DNA of 20,000 nt from Chiloscyllium plagiosum. Its lineage: Eukaryota. The stretch's first letter is position 1, and each line of letters opens with the position of its first letter. The stretch spans positions 89,153,616-89,173,615 of the forward strand of contig NC_057719.1 in NCBI RefSeq assembly GCF_004010195.1. Reading direction: 5' to 3'. The position numbers and the translations under genes were made by a program. The notes beneath the pieces were generated by a model. It was not told where the DNA came from. It saw only the letters and a list, made by a program, of their open reading frames with translations, and did not search any database. Below, one piece after another: positions 1 to 9,029 of the stretch.

Positions 1-247
1 CCACACCGACCCGCCGAAGCAACCCACCCATACCCCTACATTTACCCCTTACCTAACACTACGGGCAATTTAGCATGGCCAATTCACCTGACCTGCACCT
101 CTTTGGACTGTGGGAGGAAACCGGAGCACCCGGAGGAAACAGGGAGAACGTGCAAACTCCACACAGTCAGTCGCCTGAGGCGGGAATTGAACCCGGGTCT
201 CAGGCGCTGTGAGGCAGCAGTGCTAACCACTGTGCCACCGTGCCGCC
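1..247 (-). mobile_element. HE1-type V-SINE (tRNA-derived), 3' tail cut by window edge
   Basis: Reverse complement starts GGCGGCACGGTGGCACAGTGGTTAGCACTGC (A box), has GGTTCAATTCC (B box) and the V-domain GTGTGGAGTTTGCACGTTCTCC...CCTCCCACAGTCCAAAG. Near-identical to copies at 1895, 11165 and 17405, with a short internal deletion. Confidence 0.93.
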
Positions 248-272
248 GTAAGCTCATAGAGTCATACAGATG

Positions 273-296
273 TCTCTCTCTCTCTCTCTCTCTCTC
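273..296. repeat. (TC)12 microsatellite
   Basis: Seen directly. Confidence 0.95.
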
Positions 297-519
297 CGTT
301 TCCTTTGCCTTTTCAATTTTGTCAAAATTTTTGCCAATTGTTTTATGTGATCACAATTAAATGTGCCATCAGGTGAAATTGGCTTCTGAGTTCTTTGTGT
401 CCATTTCACACATTTGTTGACAAAGTTTTTGTTTTGGAATCAGGCCTGTAAAGGACATACGTGTGTGTTAAAGGTGTTCCCTTCTGAGGGAAAGCCTTAT
501 GAGAGATGTTGTTCCCCAT
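297..519 (-). pseudogene. gag: Endogenous retrovirus gag matrix (MA) N-terminus, frameshifted and truncated
   Basis: ATG at 519 in strong context (agaATGg) reads MGNNISHKAFPQKGTPLTHTYVLYRPDSK. After one frameshift in an A-rich run (~427-435) it reads FVNKCVKWTQRTQKPISPDGTFNCDHIKQLAKILTKLKRQRK. Shows the MGxxxS myristoylation signal, TPL and a PDGTFN motif resembling MLV MA WPRDGTFN. Confidence 0.7.
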
Positions 520-879
520 TCTTTTCACACCTGTCTCTCACACATACACACTATCACAATCGTTGAATCATTCAAAGTGGGTGTCCTTTAATTTGTACAA
601 TTTATCAAGTTGCCCAATTCACACAAAGAATTTATCAAAATGTTCAATTTACCTGAAGAGCCTCTAACCCCTACAAATCATTTTCCTGATCAGGTATTCT
701 CTGACACACAGCCTAAAAGGGAGTCCCCTTTCCGACTACATAGAGGGACTGTCCCATTGGACCTTACGACTCCTTGCTCTACTATAAATAAATTTCAACT
801 GACGTTATCAATAGTATTGAGTGAGAAGTTTACCAAGCCTGCCTCCTTTTTCTATTATCTCATCATTTCAACCAGCCAT

Positions 880-1684
880 ATCTGAGGAAGGCAGCCCTCT
901 AAGCCAAATCCGTCACATAGTGGCTACTACTTCCCTGACCAGTGGTCCCAATCCCGATTCTTTACCTCAAGAACAATACAGAATAGCCAAACCCTTCTAA
1001 CCACCTGGTCCAGGTGGTTCGTTTGATCCCTTCGAGGTACTATTCTCATTGGTATCGAACCACACAACAGTTTCAGTTTCAACACAACCTTTACTTCAGA
1101 TCAGCTGGCAAGAGATCAATAGTTGACGCCCCAGAGCAATCAAGCAATCTCTTGGTGGACCCTTAACAGATCTCTGATCTCTAGCATAAAAGCAAGATAA
1201 AAGTTTTATAGTCCTCATATGCCTGACTAATTCATACATTTTTTCATTCCCACATGATTTAATGTTACTACTTCTAGTAGAATTCTCATATGTCAAAAGT
1301 AGATAAGCAAAGCAGTTGATTTAAATGTTACTACATCTAGTGTTGTTCATATAAGTCAAGCTATTGACCTAAATGTTATTACATCTGGTACTGTTCACAT
1401 AAGTCAAAAGTAGATCAAGTAAAGCAATGCGCTATTGATTAAAATAAAAACAGCCCAATCCTTGTACTGGGAAGAAGTGTACACAGGAATATCTCTAAGA
1501 TTATGCAAATATGGAATTGTGGGCAACAGTTAAGATTGCCTGATGAGAAAATTGGCCAACTCCTGGGTTAGAACAATAAGTTAAGGGACTATGGCAAAAG
1601 GTCAGAAACAGTGCTGTACTTAGCAAACAGGACACAGGCGGAATTCACTAACCTTGGCAAGGTTTTTTTAAACGGCTCGTCACA
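880..1684 (-). mobile_element. Probable ERV 5' LTR (U5/leader boundary uncertain)
   Basis: On the minus strand it starts TGTGACG at 1684, followed by tandem enhancer-like repeats (1255-1445), TATAAAA (1204-1210) and an AGTAAA polyA-like signal (1090-1095). It lies upstream of the gag-like ATG at 519. No PBS was confidently found. Confidence 0.55.
1255..1445. repeat. Three imperfect ~45-70 bp direct repeats
   Basis: Unit TGA(T/C)(T/C)TAA(A)TGTTA(C/T)TAC(A/T)TCT(A/G)GT...CATA(A/T)GTCAA, starting at ~1255, ~1317 and ~1365. Units 1 and 3 also share GTCAAAAGTAGAT..AAG(C/T)AAAGCA. Confidence 0.9.
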
Positions 1685-1894
1685 TGTTTTGAAATACTAC
1701 TTTTAGTCCAAACAAAACATTTATATGCAAAAACAAAGTTATGGAATGATGTGTATAACATTTCGACACAAAGGCGCCTGCATTCTTTTGATTTGTGATT
1801 CTCACAGCCACTTGTGATTTCTGGTCTGACCTCTAGTCTGCCAGCCTGCAAGTTCCCATTTCAAACTTATAAGGCAAATCATGACTACAAATGT

Positions 1895-2218
1895 GGGTGG
1901 CACGATGGCATAGTGGTTAGCACTGCTGCCTCACAGCGCCAGAGACCCGGGTTCATTTCCCGCCTCAGGCGACTGACTGTGTGGAGTTTGCACGTTCTCC
2001 CCGTGTCTGCGTGTGTTTCCTCCGGGTGCTCCGGTTTCCTCCCACAGTCACAAAGATGTGCAGGTCAGGTGAACTGGCCATGCTAAATTGCCCGTAGTGT
2101 TAGGTAAGGGGTGAATGTGGGGGTATGGGTGGGTTGCACTTCGGCGGGTCGGTGTGGACTTGTTGGGCCGAAGGGCCTGTTTCCACGCTGTAATGTAATC
2201 TAATGTAATCTAATCTAA
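1895..2218 (+). mobile_element. HE1-type V-SINE, full length
   Basis: tRNA-like head, V-domain, CR1-like 3' stem (TTGGGCCGAAGGGCCTGTTTCC) and (TAATC/TAATG)n tail. Confidence 0.93.
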
Positions 2219-2485
2219 ATAGAAGCTTTTAACCGTTGATTCCCTCTTTTCATTGCTCCTGCTCACTTGCTGGTCAAAACCTATCTAGATCCAGCTGGGT
2301 GGTTCCCTGAAATATTCCCTGAAACCACTTGGGGTTTTGTGACTACCCAGCAGTTTTCACAGTCATATCTCCTTGTGCAAGGCTCACAAACTACAACATT
2401 CATTCAGTTCAGTTTCACAATCTGCTTTGGTATTTTTGTTAGTTCTTTATCTCTGCTTTTTTTCTATTTTAAATAAATTACACAG

Positions 2486-3270
2486 CAGGAAGATTTGCAG
2501 TCAGAAACAGAAACCAGACATCGCATCAGAATCTGAGGGAGTTGTCAATTTATTGTAACTAGAAAATCATTAGATTTTGAACATGGAAGGAACAAGTACA
2601 GTCCAGAGGGGAGAAACCATACGTGTATTTTTTCAGCTGACTATCTGTCCTATTGAGCCACAACTGCAGTTATAACAGGGAGAAAAGGTGGATATATGGT
2701 GACTCTGGGAAATTATTCAGATTCCTATCTGAGCTAGGAACATGGGGCAAGAGGCCATCCACCTGCTCTGAGTGTGGGAAGGGATTCATTCAGCTTTCTG
2801 ACCCACCAGTGAATTTACACACAGGAGAAACCATTCACTTGTTCTGAATGTGGGGAGGGATTCACTCAGTCATCCCACCTAACGAGACACCAGTGCATTC
2901 ATACGGCAGAGGGACCATTCAACTGCCGAGTCACTTAGTCAATTAACTTGCTGACACACCAGTAAATTCACATTGGGGAATGACCGTTTAACTATTTCAG
3001 ATGGGGGAGAGGTTTCACTGTCTCTTCAGCCCTTCACAGGTACCAGCAAATTCAATCTGATGAGACACCTTTTAAATGCCTGGAGTGTTGGAAGTGCTAT
3101 CAATGTTTCTGGGACCTGATCGTCCATCAATGTTTAGGACTGGGTTCTAATGATCATTTCAATTTACTGCACACCAGTGAGTTCACACTGAGGAGAAATT
3201 GTTCACCTGGTTACAGTGTGTGGAGGGATTCCCACAGTTATTCCACCTGCTGAGTTCACCAGAAACCACA
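2486..3270 (+). pseudogene. C2H2 zinc-finger pseudogene (paralogue A)
   Basis: Pyrimidine tract plus CAGCAG acceptor (2483-2488). 5'UTR/start TTTATTGTAACT...GATTTTGAACATGGAA (ATG 2583) matches the intact gene. Decayed fingers ([40 protein letters not shown]) with many stops and frameshifts. Probable polyA signal AATAAA at 4213-4218. Confidence 0.88.
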
Positions 3271-3709
3271 GTGATTGAATTTAATTGATTTTTTTCAGGT
3301 TCTGAGAAGGTTCATAATTGATGAGGAGGAGATATGAGACATTGCCCTGAAGGTTGTTCAGGCATTTGGGTTGAATAAGGTCAATCCAAGGATGCTGAGG
3401 AAGTGACAGTGAAATTTGCATAAGAAATTATCAAAGGTTTTCAGCAGTGGACGATTCGCAGTAAACACCTTCATGACAACAGAAAAGGAACGGAGGGAGT
3501 ATGTGGCTGGGGAAACTTTAGAAACACCCGCCAGCACAGGCTATAAGCACTCCTGTGACCAAGGCCAATTTAATGGCCCCCATCTTCATTCAGATGGCAG
3601 CACACCGCATTCACAATTCTCTTGTTCTCACAGTTCCACACTCTCAAGTCACAAAATGTCTAGTTGCGTTCTTTACAACTTTTGAAGTTGTGCTCTGTAC
3701 ACTGAGGAC

Positions 3710-3960
3710 TATGTCATTAAAATATATATCAGGAAGAGGAGAGACCCTCAAATTAATCCATGCAGAACTTCACTAGAAACCATCCTTCAGTCCAAGACCA
3801 ACTGTTAAAAGCTACCCTGTTTGTTGTCAGCCAAGCAATTCAATCTCCATGCCGTTCCTCTCACTTTTATACTGAGCTCCAATGTTCCTCACATGATAGT
3901 TCTGTAGCATTTTATCAAATGTCTTTTGCTAGTCTATGTTTTCCACAGCAAGTGCAACCC
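3710..3960 (-). mobile_element. Degraded CR1 LINE RT fragment
   Basis: Reverse complement ACATAGACTAGCAAAAGACATTTGATAAA resembles the (Y)xDFxKAFDK motif, with downstream decayed CR1-like sequence. Confidence 0.55.
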
Positions 3961-4401
3961 GCTGATTTGTTGCCATAAGCTGCACCATTTGGTAGAGTTG
4001 GAGTTGTTGGACTACAGTCGGCAATCAAGGATCTCTGTGATTTTATGTTTCTTCACCTTTGATTTCCAAGTTAACGCAAACTGAATTCTCACTATATAAA
4101 CATTGTTTTAAACTGAAGTAACTTTTTTTCAGTCACTACTTATTAATTCCGATCAATTAATGATATTAATGATACATTGGCTCCTATTTCCAAAAATCTG
4201 TTTTGTATCATAAATAAAGCTGTTGTTTTGGTTAAATACAATTTTTCAGCCCGAAATGTTTTTTTTAAAAGTTGATTTCAGTTCAAAAAAATAGAACAGT
4301 CTGTGTTGACCCTTGATGTACATTCCTGGGCAATGAATAACCTTACATGGGGTAACCAGTAAAATGGAGTGTTGGTGATGGACATCTTCTACGAGACACA
4401 T

Positions 4402-4665
4402 CATCAAAGTCATACAGCAATCTAACAGACTCTTTGTTCCAACTCGTCTGCGTCAATCCTATTTGTCAGCATTTGGCCCATATACCTTCCTATTCATATA
4501 CCCACTCAGATGCCTTTCAAATGTTGTAATTGTACCTACCTCCACCACTTCCTCTGACATCGCAATTTCTACACTCAATATTACGACCAATGCCAGGAAG
4601 CATGACTTTTTCGCCACACTGTCTAGCTGCGACTCTACTTTCAAAGAACTATGCACCCTGGAGCT
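4402..4665 (-). mobile_element. CR1 (HER1-like) LINE 3' fragment with internal deletion
   Basis: Minus-strand translation VHSSLKVESQLDSVAKK joined to EEVVEVGTITTFERHLSGYMNRK, then a 3'UTR. Confidence 0.85.
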
Positions 4666-4719
4666 GTCAGTGTACATGTGAAAAGTGACAGTATTTCCAG
4701 GTAATGTTGCGATAGGAAC

Positions 4720-5490
4720 ATGTCCATAAGAGGTGGCCAAAGTTGGATTTTTTGCAGACATAAGTGGAACCTGTTGGAATTGGAAAGGAAACTATAGCCA
4801 GTGATAACCTGTCTACAAGAGATAGAGAGTATTGAGACTACATGAAGCAGCTGGGCAACAGTGAAGAAGCTTTGGAACCACATGGTGTGGTCAACATTGA
4901 CAAAGGCTGCAGACTGGTCAAGAATGCTGAGAAGGGATAGTTTTTTTAAAAGTCAGATATGTATAATGCTATTTGTGGCTTTAGCAAGGTTTTTCAATAC
5001 TATGCTAGTGGCAGAAACCTGATTTCAGTGTTATAAACATTAACCTCTGATAAAGGAGAGATGATGAAGTATTCCAAGACACCTAGCAAGGAAAGGGAGT
5101 TTGGAGATTGGACAGTGTTTTGCTCAGACAGCGGAAAGATAATGATGACAGATTTGAAAAAAAAAGTTGGACAACCCAAAAGAGAGGAGAGATAATGATA
5201 ACATCAAAGATGGGATAATTAGGTTGTCAAGAGTTTAGTGCAAATTGAGTTGATGGATCAGGAGATGTGGCTCATCTCCAAAATGAACCTGAAATGGTCA
5301 TGAGAAGAGATGGGGGAGTAATGGAAGAAAAATATGGATTCAGGGCTCTGGCAAAGGGGATCTTAAGACAGTCTGGCTCAGTGGGCTAGTGGCAGAGAGT
5401 AAAGCAGCTGATCAGACTGTCTCAATCTTAGCGGCAAAGAAGCTCCATGAACTGCACACACTTATTGTTGGAGGTGAGGATGAAGGAGTC
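4720..5490 (-). mobile_element. Old L2-clade LINE RT fragment
   Basis: Reverse complement encodes HCPISKLPFL (cf. NYRPISNLPFL) at ~5090-5117 and LDQSAAFVNVDH (cf. LDLSAAFDTVDH) at ~4887-4922. Confidence 0.75.
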
Positions 5491-5579
5491 AAGGGTGACA
5501 GAGTGAGCCTTTCAAAATAAACTAAACTGTGTTAGAAATATTAAAAATGCTGAATGCAATGTGTTTAAAACAAAGCTGA

Positions 5580-5585
5580 TTTATT
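5580..5585 (-). terminator. Putative polyadenylation signal of the intact ZNF gene
   Basis: AATAAA ~190 nt after the stop, followed by T-rich TCAGCTTTGTTTT. A similar context recurs in the paralogous relics. Confidence 0.6.
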
Positions 5586-5773
5586 TGAGTTTTATCTGAA
5601 ATAGTCACCCCAACAACTCGGCTCAAGTAATTTAACATCCAGCAGAAATAAACTCTAATGAACATGGTTCAGTCCTGGATGTGATTAACACCAACATTCA
5701 GTGTCATTACTTGTGAACTCAATGGTCTCTCAAGCAATTATGATAAATTTAATCAATACTTTTACACTGACTT

Positions 5774-6829
5774 CTAGGAGGGGAATGGTCTCTCCCCGCT
5801 GTGACTACGCTGATGTACTGTAAGATTGGAGGACTGAGTGAACCCCTTCCCACACTCCAAGCAGATGAACGGTCTCTCTCCAGTATGAACTCGCTGATGT
5901 GCAGTGAGGTTGGATGACTGAGTGAATCCTTTCCCACACTCAGAACAGGTGAATGGTCTCTCGCCAGTGTGAACTCTCTGGTGTACAGTGAGATCAAATG
6001 ATCGCCTGAACCCAGTCTCACAGTAAGAACACCAGAATGGTCTCTCATCGGTGTGAACACGCCGGTGAGACTTCAGATCTCCCAGTCTTTTAAAGCACTT
6101 CTCACAGTCAGAGCATTTAAAAGGTCTCATATCAGTATGAACTCGCTGATGTTTCAGCAGGTCGGACGTTTGAGTGAATCCCTTCCCGCACTCTGAGCAG
6201 GTGAACGGTCTCTCTCCAGTGTGAACTCGGTGGTGCACAGTGAGTTGAGATGATCGCTTGAATCCAGTCCCACAGTGAGTGCATCTGAATGGTCTCTCAT
6301 CAGTGTGAACACGTTGATGGGACATCAGTTCCCCAGAACTTTGGTAGCTCTTCCCACAGTCTGAGCATTTAAAAGGTCTCTCTCCAGTGTGAACACGCTG
6401 GTGTATTAGCAAGCTGGATGACGTAGTGAATCCCTTACCACACCCAGAGCAGTTGAATGGTCTCTCCCCAGTGTGAACTCGTTGGTGTACCAGCAGACTC
6501 TGTAAATGAGCTAATGCCTTCCCACATTGAGAGCAGGTGAACAGCTTCTCTCCAGTGTGGGTGCGCCGATGAATTTCCAACTCAGACGGGTAATTGAAGC
6601 CCTTGCCACAATCTGTACATTTCCATGGCTTCTCCCCATTGTGACTGCGCTGATGCTTTTCCAGTTGGGATGGGTAATTGAATCCTTTCCCACATTCCTC
6701 ACAGTTCCACAGTATCTTCGCAGTGTGACCACACTTGTGACTCCACAGTAAAGATGATTGACTGAAGCTTTGTCCACACATAGAACATGTGTTCAGTTTC
6801 TTAGTGCTGTTAATGCTTTTTACTTCCAT
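5774..6829 (-). CDS. Tandem C2H2 zinc-finger protein, 12 fingers, 351 aa, no KRAB/SCAN/BTB domain
   Basis: Twelve 28-aa-periodic CxxC...HxxxH units with TGERPF/TGEKP linkers. First ATG at 6829 has a strong Kozak context (AACATGG); the ORF-track start at 6835 is TTG. In-frame stops lie upstream. Splice acceptor (pyrimidine tract + TTACAG|G) at 6933/6932. Confidence 0.93.
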   Translation of the reverse strand: MEVKSINSTKKLNTCSMCGQSFSQSSLLWSHKCGHTAKILWNCEECGKGFNYPSQLEKHQRSHNGEKPWKCTDCGKGFNYPSELEIHRRTHTGEKLFTCSQCGKALAHLQSLLVHQRVHTGERPFNCSGCGKGFTTSSSLLIHQRVHTGERPFKCSDCGKSYQSSGELMSHQRVHTDERPFRCTHCGTGFKRSSQLTVHHRVHTGERPFTCSECGKGFTQTSDLLKHQRVHTDMRPFKCSDCEKCFKRLGDLKSHRRVHTDERPFWCSYCETGFRRSFDLTVHQRVHTGERPFTCSECGKGFTQSSNLTAHQRVHTGERPFICLECGKGFTQSSNLTVHQRSHSGERPFPS

Positions 6830-7096
6830 GTTCAAATCTGATTATATTCAAGTTGCAATAAATTCAATTCGATCCATCAGAATCTGTGATTTCAATTTCC
6901 AGACACTAAACAGTCACTGTCCAATCGATATCCTGTAACATTGATGTAAGACAGAAAACAAAAGTGAGAAAGCTCACAAAAAAAAACACAAACAAAACAG
7001 TTGTTGAAATTGGGCTGAATGAATCTGGTAATTTTACAGGGCTGACACTTAGGAAACATAACCATGAAATTTGCTGAATTGTTATTAACAATCGAA

Positions 7097-7140
7097 CTGG
7101 TTTGGTGACGTCTTTCAAGGAAGGGAACCTACTCTCCCCT
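7097..7140 (+). mobile_element. Short DeuSINE core fragment
   Basis: ACTGGTTTGGTGACGTCTTTCAAGGAAGGGAACCT resembles CTGGTTCAGCAATGTCCTTAAGGGAAGGAAATCT at 15304. Confidence 0.45.
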
Positions 7141-7187
7141 ACATCACCTCTAATTTTCTCTCGACCTCCGCTGTTCACCAATTTTAC

Positions 7188-7360
7188 CTTCTATTCCTCC
7201 TTCATCCAATGTCTGTCATGAAGTCACAGCACTTGCATATGTCTAACCAGGCCCTGCCCTCATCCTCACCCTTTAGCTGAAGCATCAATTGCACACGCTG
7301 CATCAGTCAGTCCTATCCCCCCTCATCCTATTGGTTTGTAGCCCAATCAGCCCACCCCCA
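7188..7360 (-). promoter_or_regulatory. Candidate promoter and non-coding exon 1 of the ZNF gene
   Basis: Donor-like AAG|GTAAAA at 7188/7187 (would give a 255-nt intron, 6933-7187). Two opposed CCAAT boxes at 7330-7334 and 7343-7347, with GC-box-like CCCACCCC and CCCTGCCC. Confidence 0.4.
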
Positions 7361-7563
7361 CAGAGATCTAAAACACTTGCTGAAACTGGTGTTTTGGTAC
7401 ATTTCAACTGAGGCATGAGGGGGAGTTTGGATTATAGATTTACAAATTTTGGGGACCAGAGGAAAAGTGTTCTGAACTTTTAAGTTGTGCTCCCACATAA
7501 CCATCTTGTAAACTCACATTTCCAAGGTGTAAGGAGAGGATTTACAGATCGGCCCCTGAAATC

Positions 7564-8002
7564 CCTTGAAAGTGGAGTCGCAGGTAGATAGGATAGTGAA
7601 GGCGGCGTTTGCTATGCTTTCCTTTATTGGTCAGTGTATTGAGTACAGGAGTTGGGACATCATGTTGCAGCTGTACAGGACATTGGTTAAGCCACTGTTG
7701 GAATATCGTGTGCAATTCTGGTCTCCTTCCTATCGGAAAGATGTTGTTATAAAAGAGACCTAAGGGGCAACTGTTTCACACAGAGGGTGGTACGGGTATG
7801 GAAGGAGCTGACAGAGGAAGTGGTGCAGGCTGGTACAATTATAATATTTAAGCAGCATTTGGATGGGTATATGAATAGGAAGGGTTTGAAGGGATATGGG
7901 CCGGGTGCTGGCAGGTGAGATTAGATTGGGTTGGGCTATCTGATCGGCTTGGATGGGTTGGACCAAAGGGTCTGTTTCCATGCTTACATCTCTATGACTC
8001 TA
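7564..8002 (+). mobile_element. CR1 LINE 3' fragment with internal deletion at ~7750
   Basis: LKVESQVDRIVKAAFAMLSFIGQCIEYRSWDIMLQLYRTLVKPLLEYRVQFWSP jumps to the FTQRVV region and ends in a TCTATGACTCTA tail. Confidence 0.92.
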
Positions 8003-8024
8003 AATGGAGAAGGAGAACTATTTG

Positions 8025-9005
8025 ATTGAGGGATGACCATATAAAAGTTTATAAAATCATGAGAGGCATGGATAGGGTGAATAGCTAAGATCTTTTTCCC
8101 AGGTTAGGAGACTTCCAAAATGGAGGACGTAGATTAAAGGTGTGAGAGGAAAGATTGAAAAGAGATTTAAGAGACAAAGTTTTCATACACAGAGTGGTGT
8201 GTGTATGGAAATGAGCTGTCAAAGAAGTGGTAGAGGCTGGTACAATTTTAACATTTAAAAGGCACTTAAATGGGGGAATGCATAGGAAGAGTTTAGAGGG
8301 ATATGGGCCAAAGGCAGGCAAATGGGTGTGACAATATTGTGGCTTTAAGAAGGGTATTGTCTTTTTTTAAGAAAGGTTGCAACAGAGGTGAATAGCGGTC
8401 TGCTCCAAAGCTAATAAACAGCTTGTGAGGCCTTTTTTGTTTTAATTTGAAACAATAAAAGCTGCTTGAATGGTTAGGATCAAGTTCCCACAAAGCAGGA
8501 TTTTGTTTTAGTTTTAACTTTCAGTAGCAGTTGCTGCGGTCTTGAAGTTGGATGCGGAAGCTCTTATTCCTCCCTCTGTTACAGCAAAAAGCTTGGGTTA
8601 TCTTCCAACTGCTAGAATTGCATGCGAGATCATGTATTTTACTGAATTTACCTTTGCCAAGGGTGTATTTTTGGGTCGTTGCTATACTGGAACAGTTGAT
8701 TAGTAGTAGTAAACATAATATATTATGATGTTAAGCATTTTGACAGAGTTACAGTTAAGCCAATTCTTTTATTTTAATTACAGCATATGAATAAAGTGTG
8801 TTTTGTTTCAAGCCTGGTAGTTTGATCGATTGAATTGCTTCCAGAACACAACGCCTTACACTTATCCATTAAATGAAAAAAAGCTAGCGACTAAACTATC
8901 TTCTTCAGATATTTTTAGGGCATTTGGTCTGGTCCATAACATGAGACTAGTTCAGTTTGGGATACCTGGTCGAGGTGGACTGAAGGGTCTGACTTTATGA
9001 TTCTA
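8025..9005 (+). mobile_element. CR1 LINE 3' fragment interrupted by a solo LTR
   Basis: VYKIMRGMDRVN...EVVEAGTILTFKRHL. The 3'UTR GCAGGCAAATGGG resumes as ACTAGTTCAGTTTGGGATACCTGGTC after 8945. Confidence 0.85.
8327..8941 (+). mobile_element. Solo LTR, 615 bp (probably Gypsy/Ty3-type)
   Basis: TGTGA...TAACA termini; near-perfect 4-bp TSD TGGG (8323-8326) / TGAG (8942-8945); AATAAA at 8790-8795; cleanly splits a CR1 3'UTR. Confidence 0.75.
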
Positions 9006-9029
9006 AGATTCATGTATTTTGGGGGTAAA

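Noticed and set aside
103..360. Short ORFs overlapping SINEs (also 1814-2086, 12443-12640, 17188-17697, 17198-17581)
   Set aside because: Chance translations of HE1 SINE or CR1 sequence, repeated in every copy; not genes.
610..885. 91-aa plus-strand ORF
   Set aside because: Non-ATG start, no recognisable motif, and antisense to the putative ERV leader.
726..975. Candidate primer-binding sites for the ERV (TGTAGTCGG at ~733-741; ...AATCGGGAT at ~951-959; TGGCTGG at ~872-878)
   Set aside because: None gives a convincing 18-nt tRNA 3' complement directly after a CA terminus, so the PBS is left unassigned.
1255..1445. CRISPR-like repeat/spacer appearance
   Set aside because: Repeats are imperfect with related intervening sequence, there are no cas genes, and the context is vertebrate; better explained as LTR U3 duplications.
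1539..1555. CTGATGA-GAAA hammerhead-like words (also CTGATGA at ~15510)
   Set aside because: No stem II between the boxes at 1539, and no GAAA/NUH at 15510.
3315..3450. Possible decayed CR1 fragment (GLNKVNPRMLRK)
   Set aside because: Similarity is too short and weak to call confidently.
5749..6777. ORFs 5749-6060, 6511-6777 and 6527-6751
   Set aside because: Alternate-frame or antisense shadows of the zinc-finger array.
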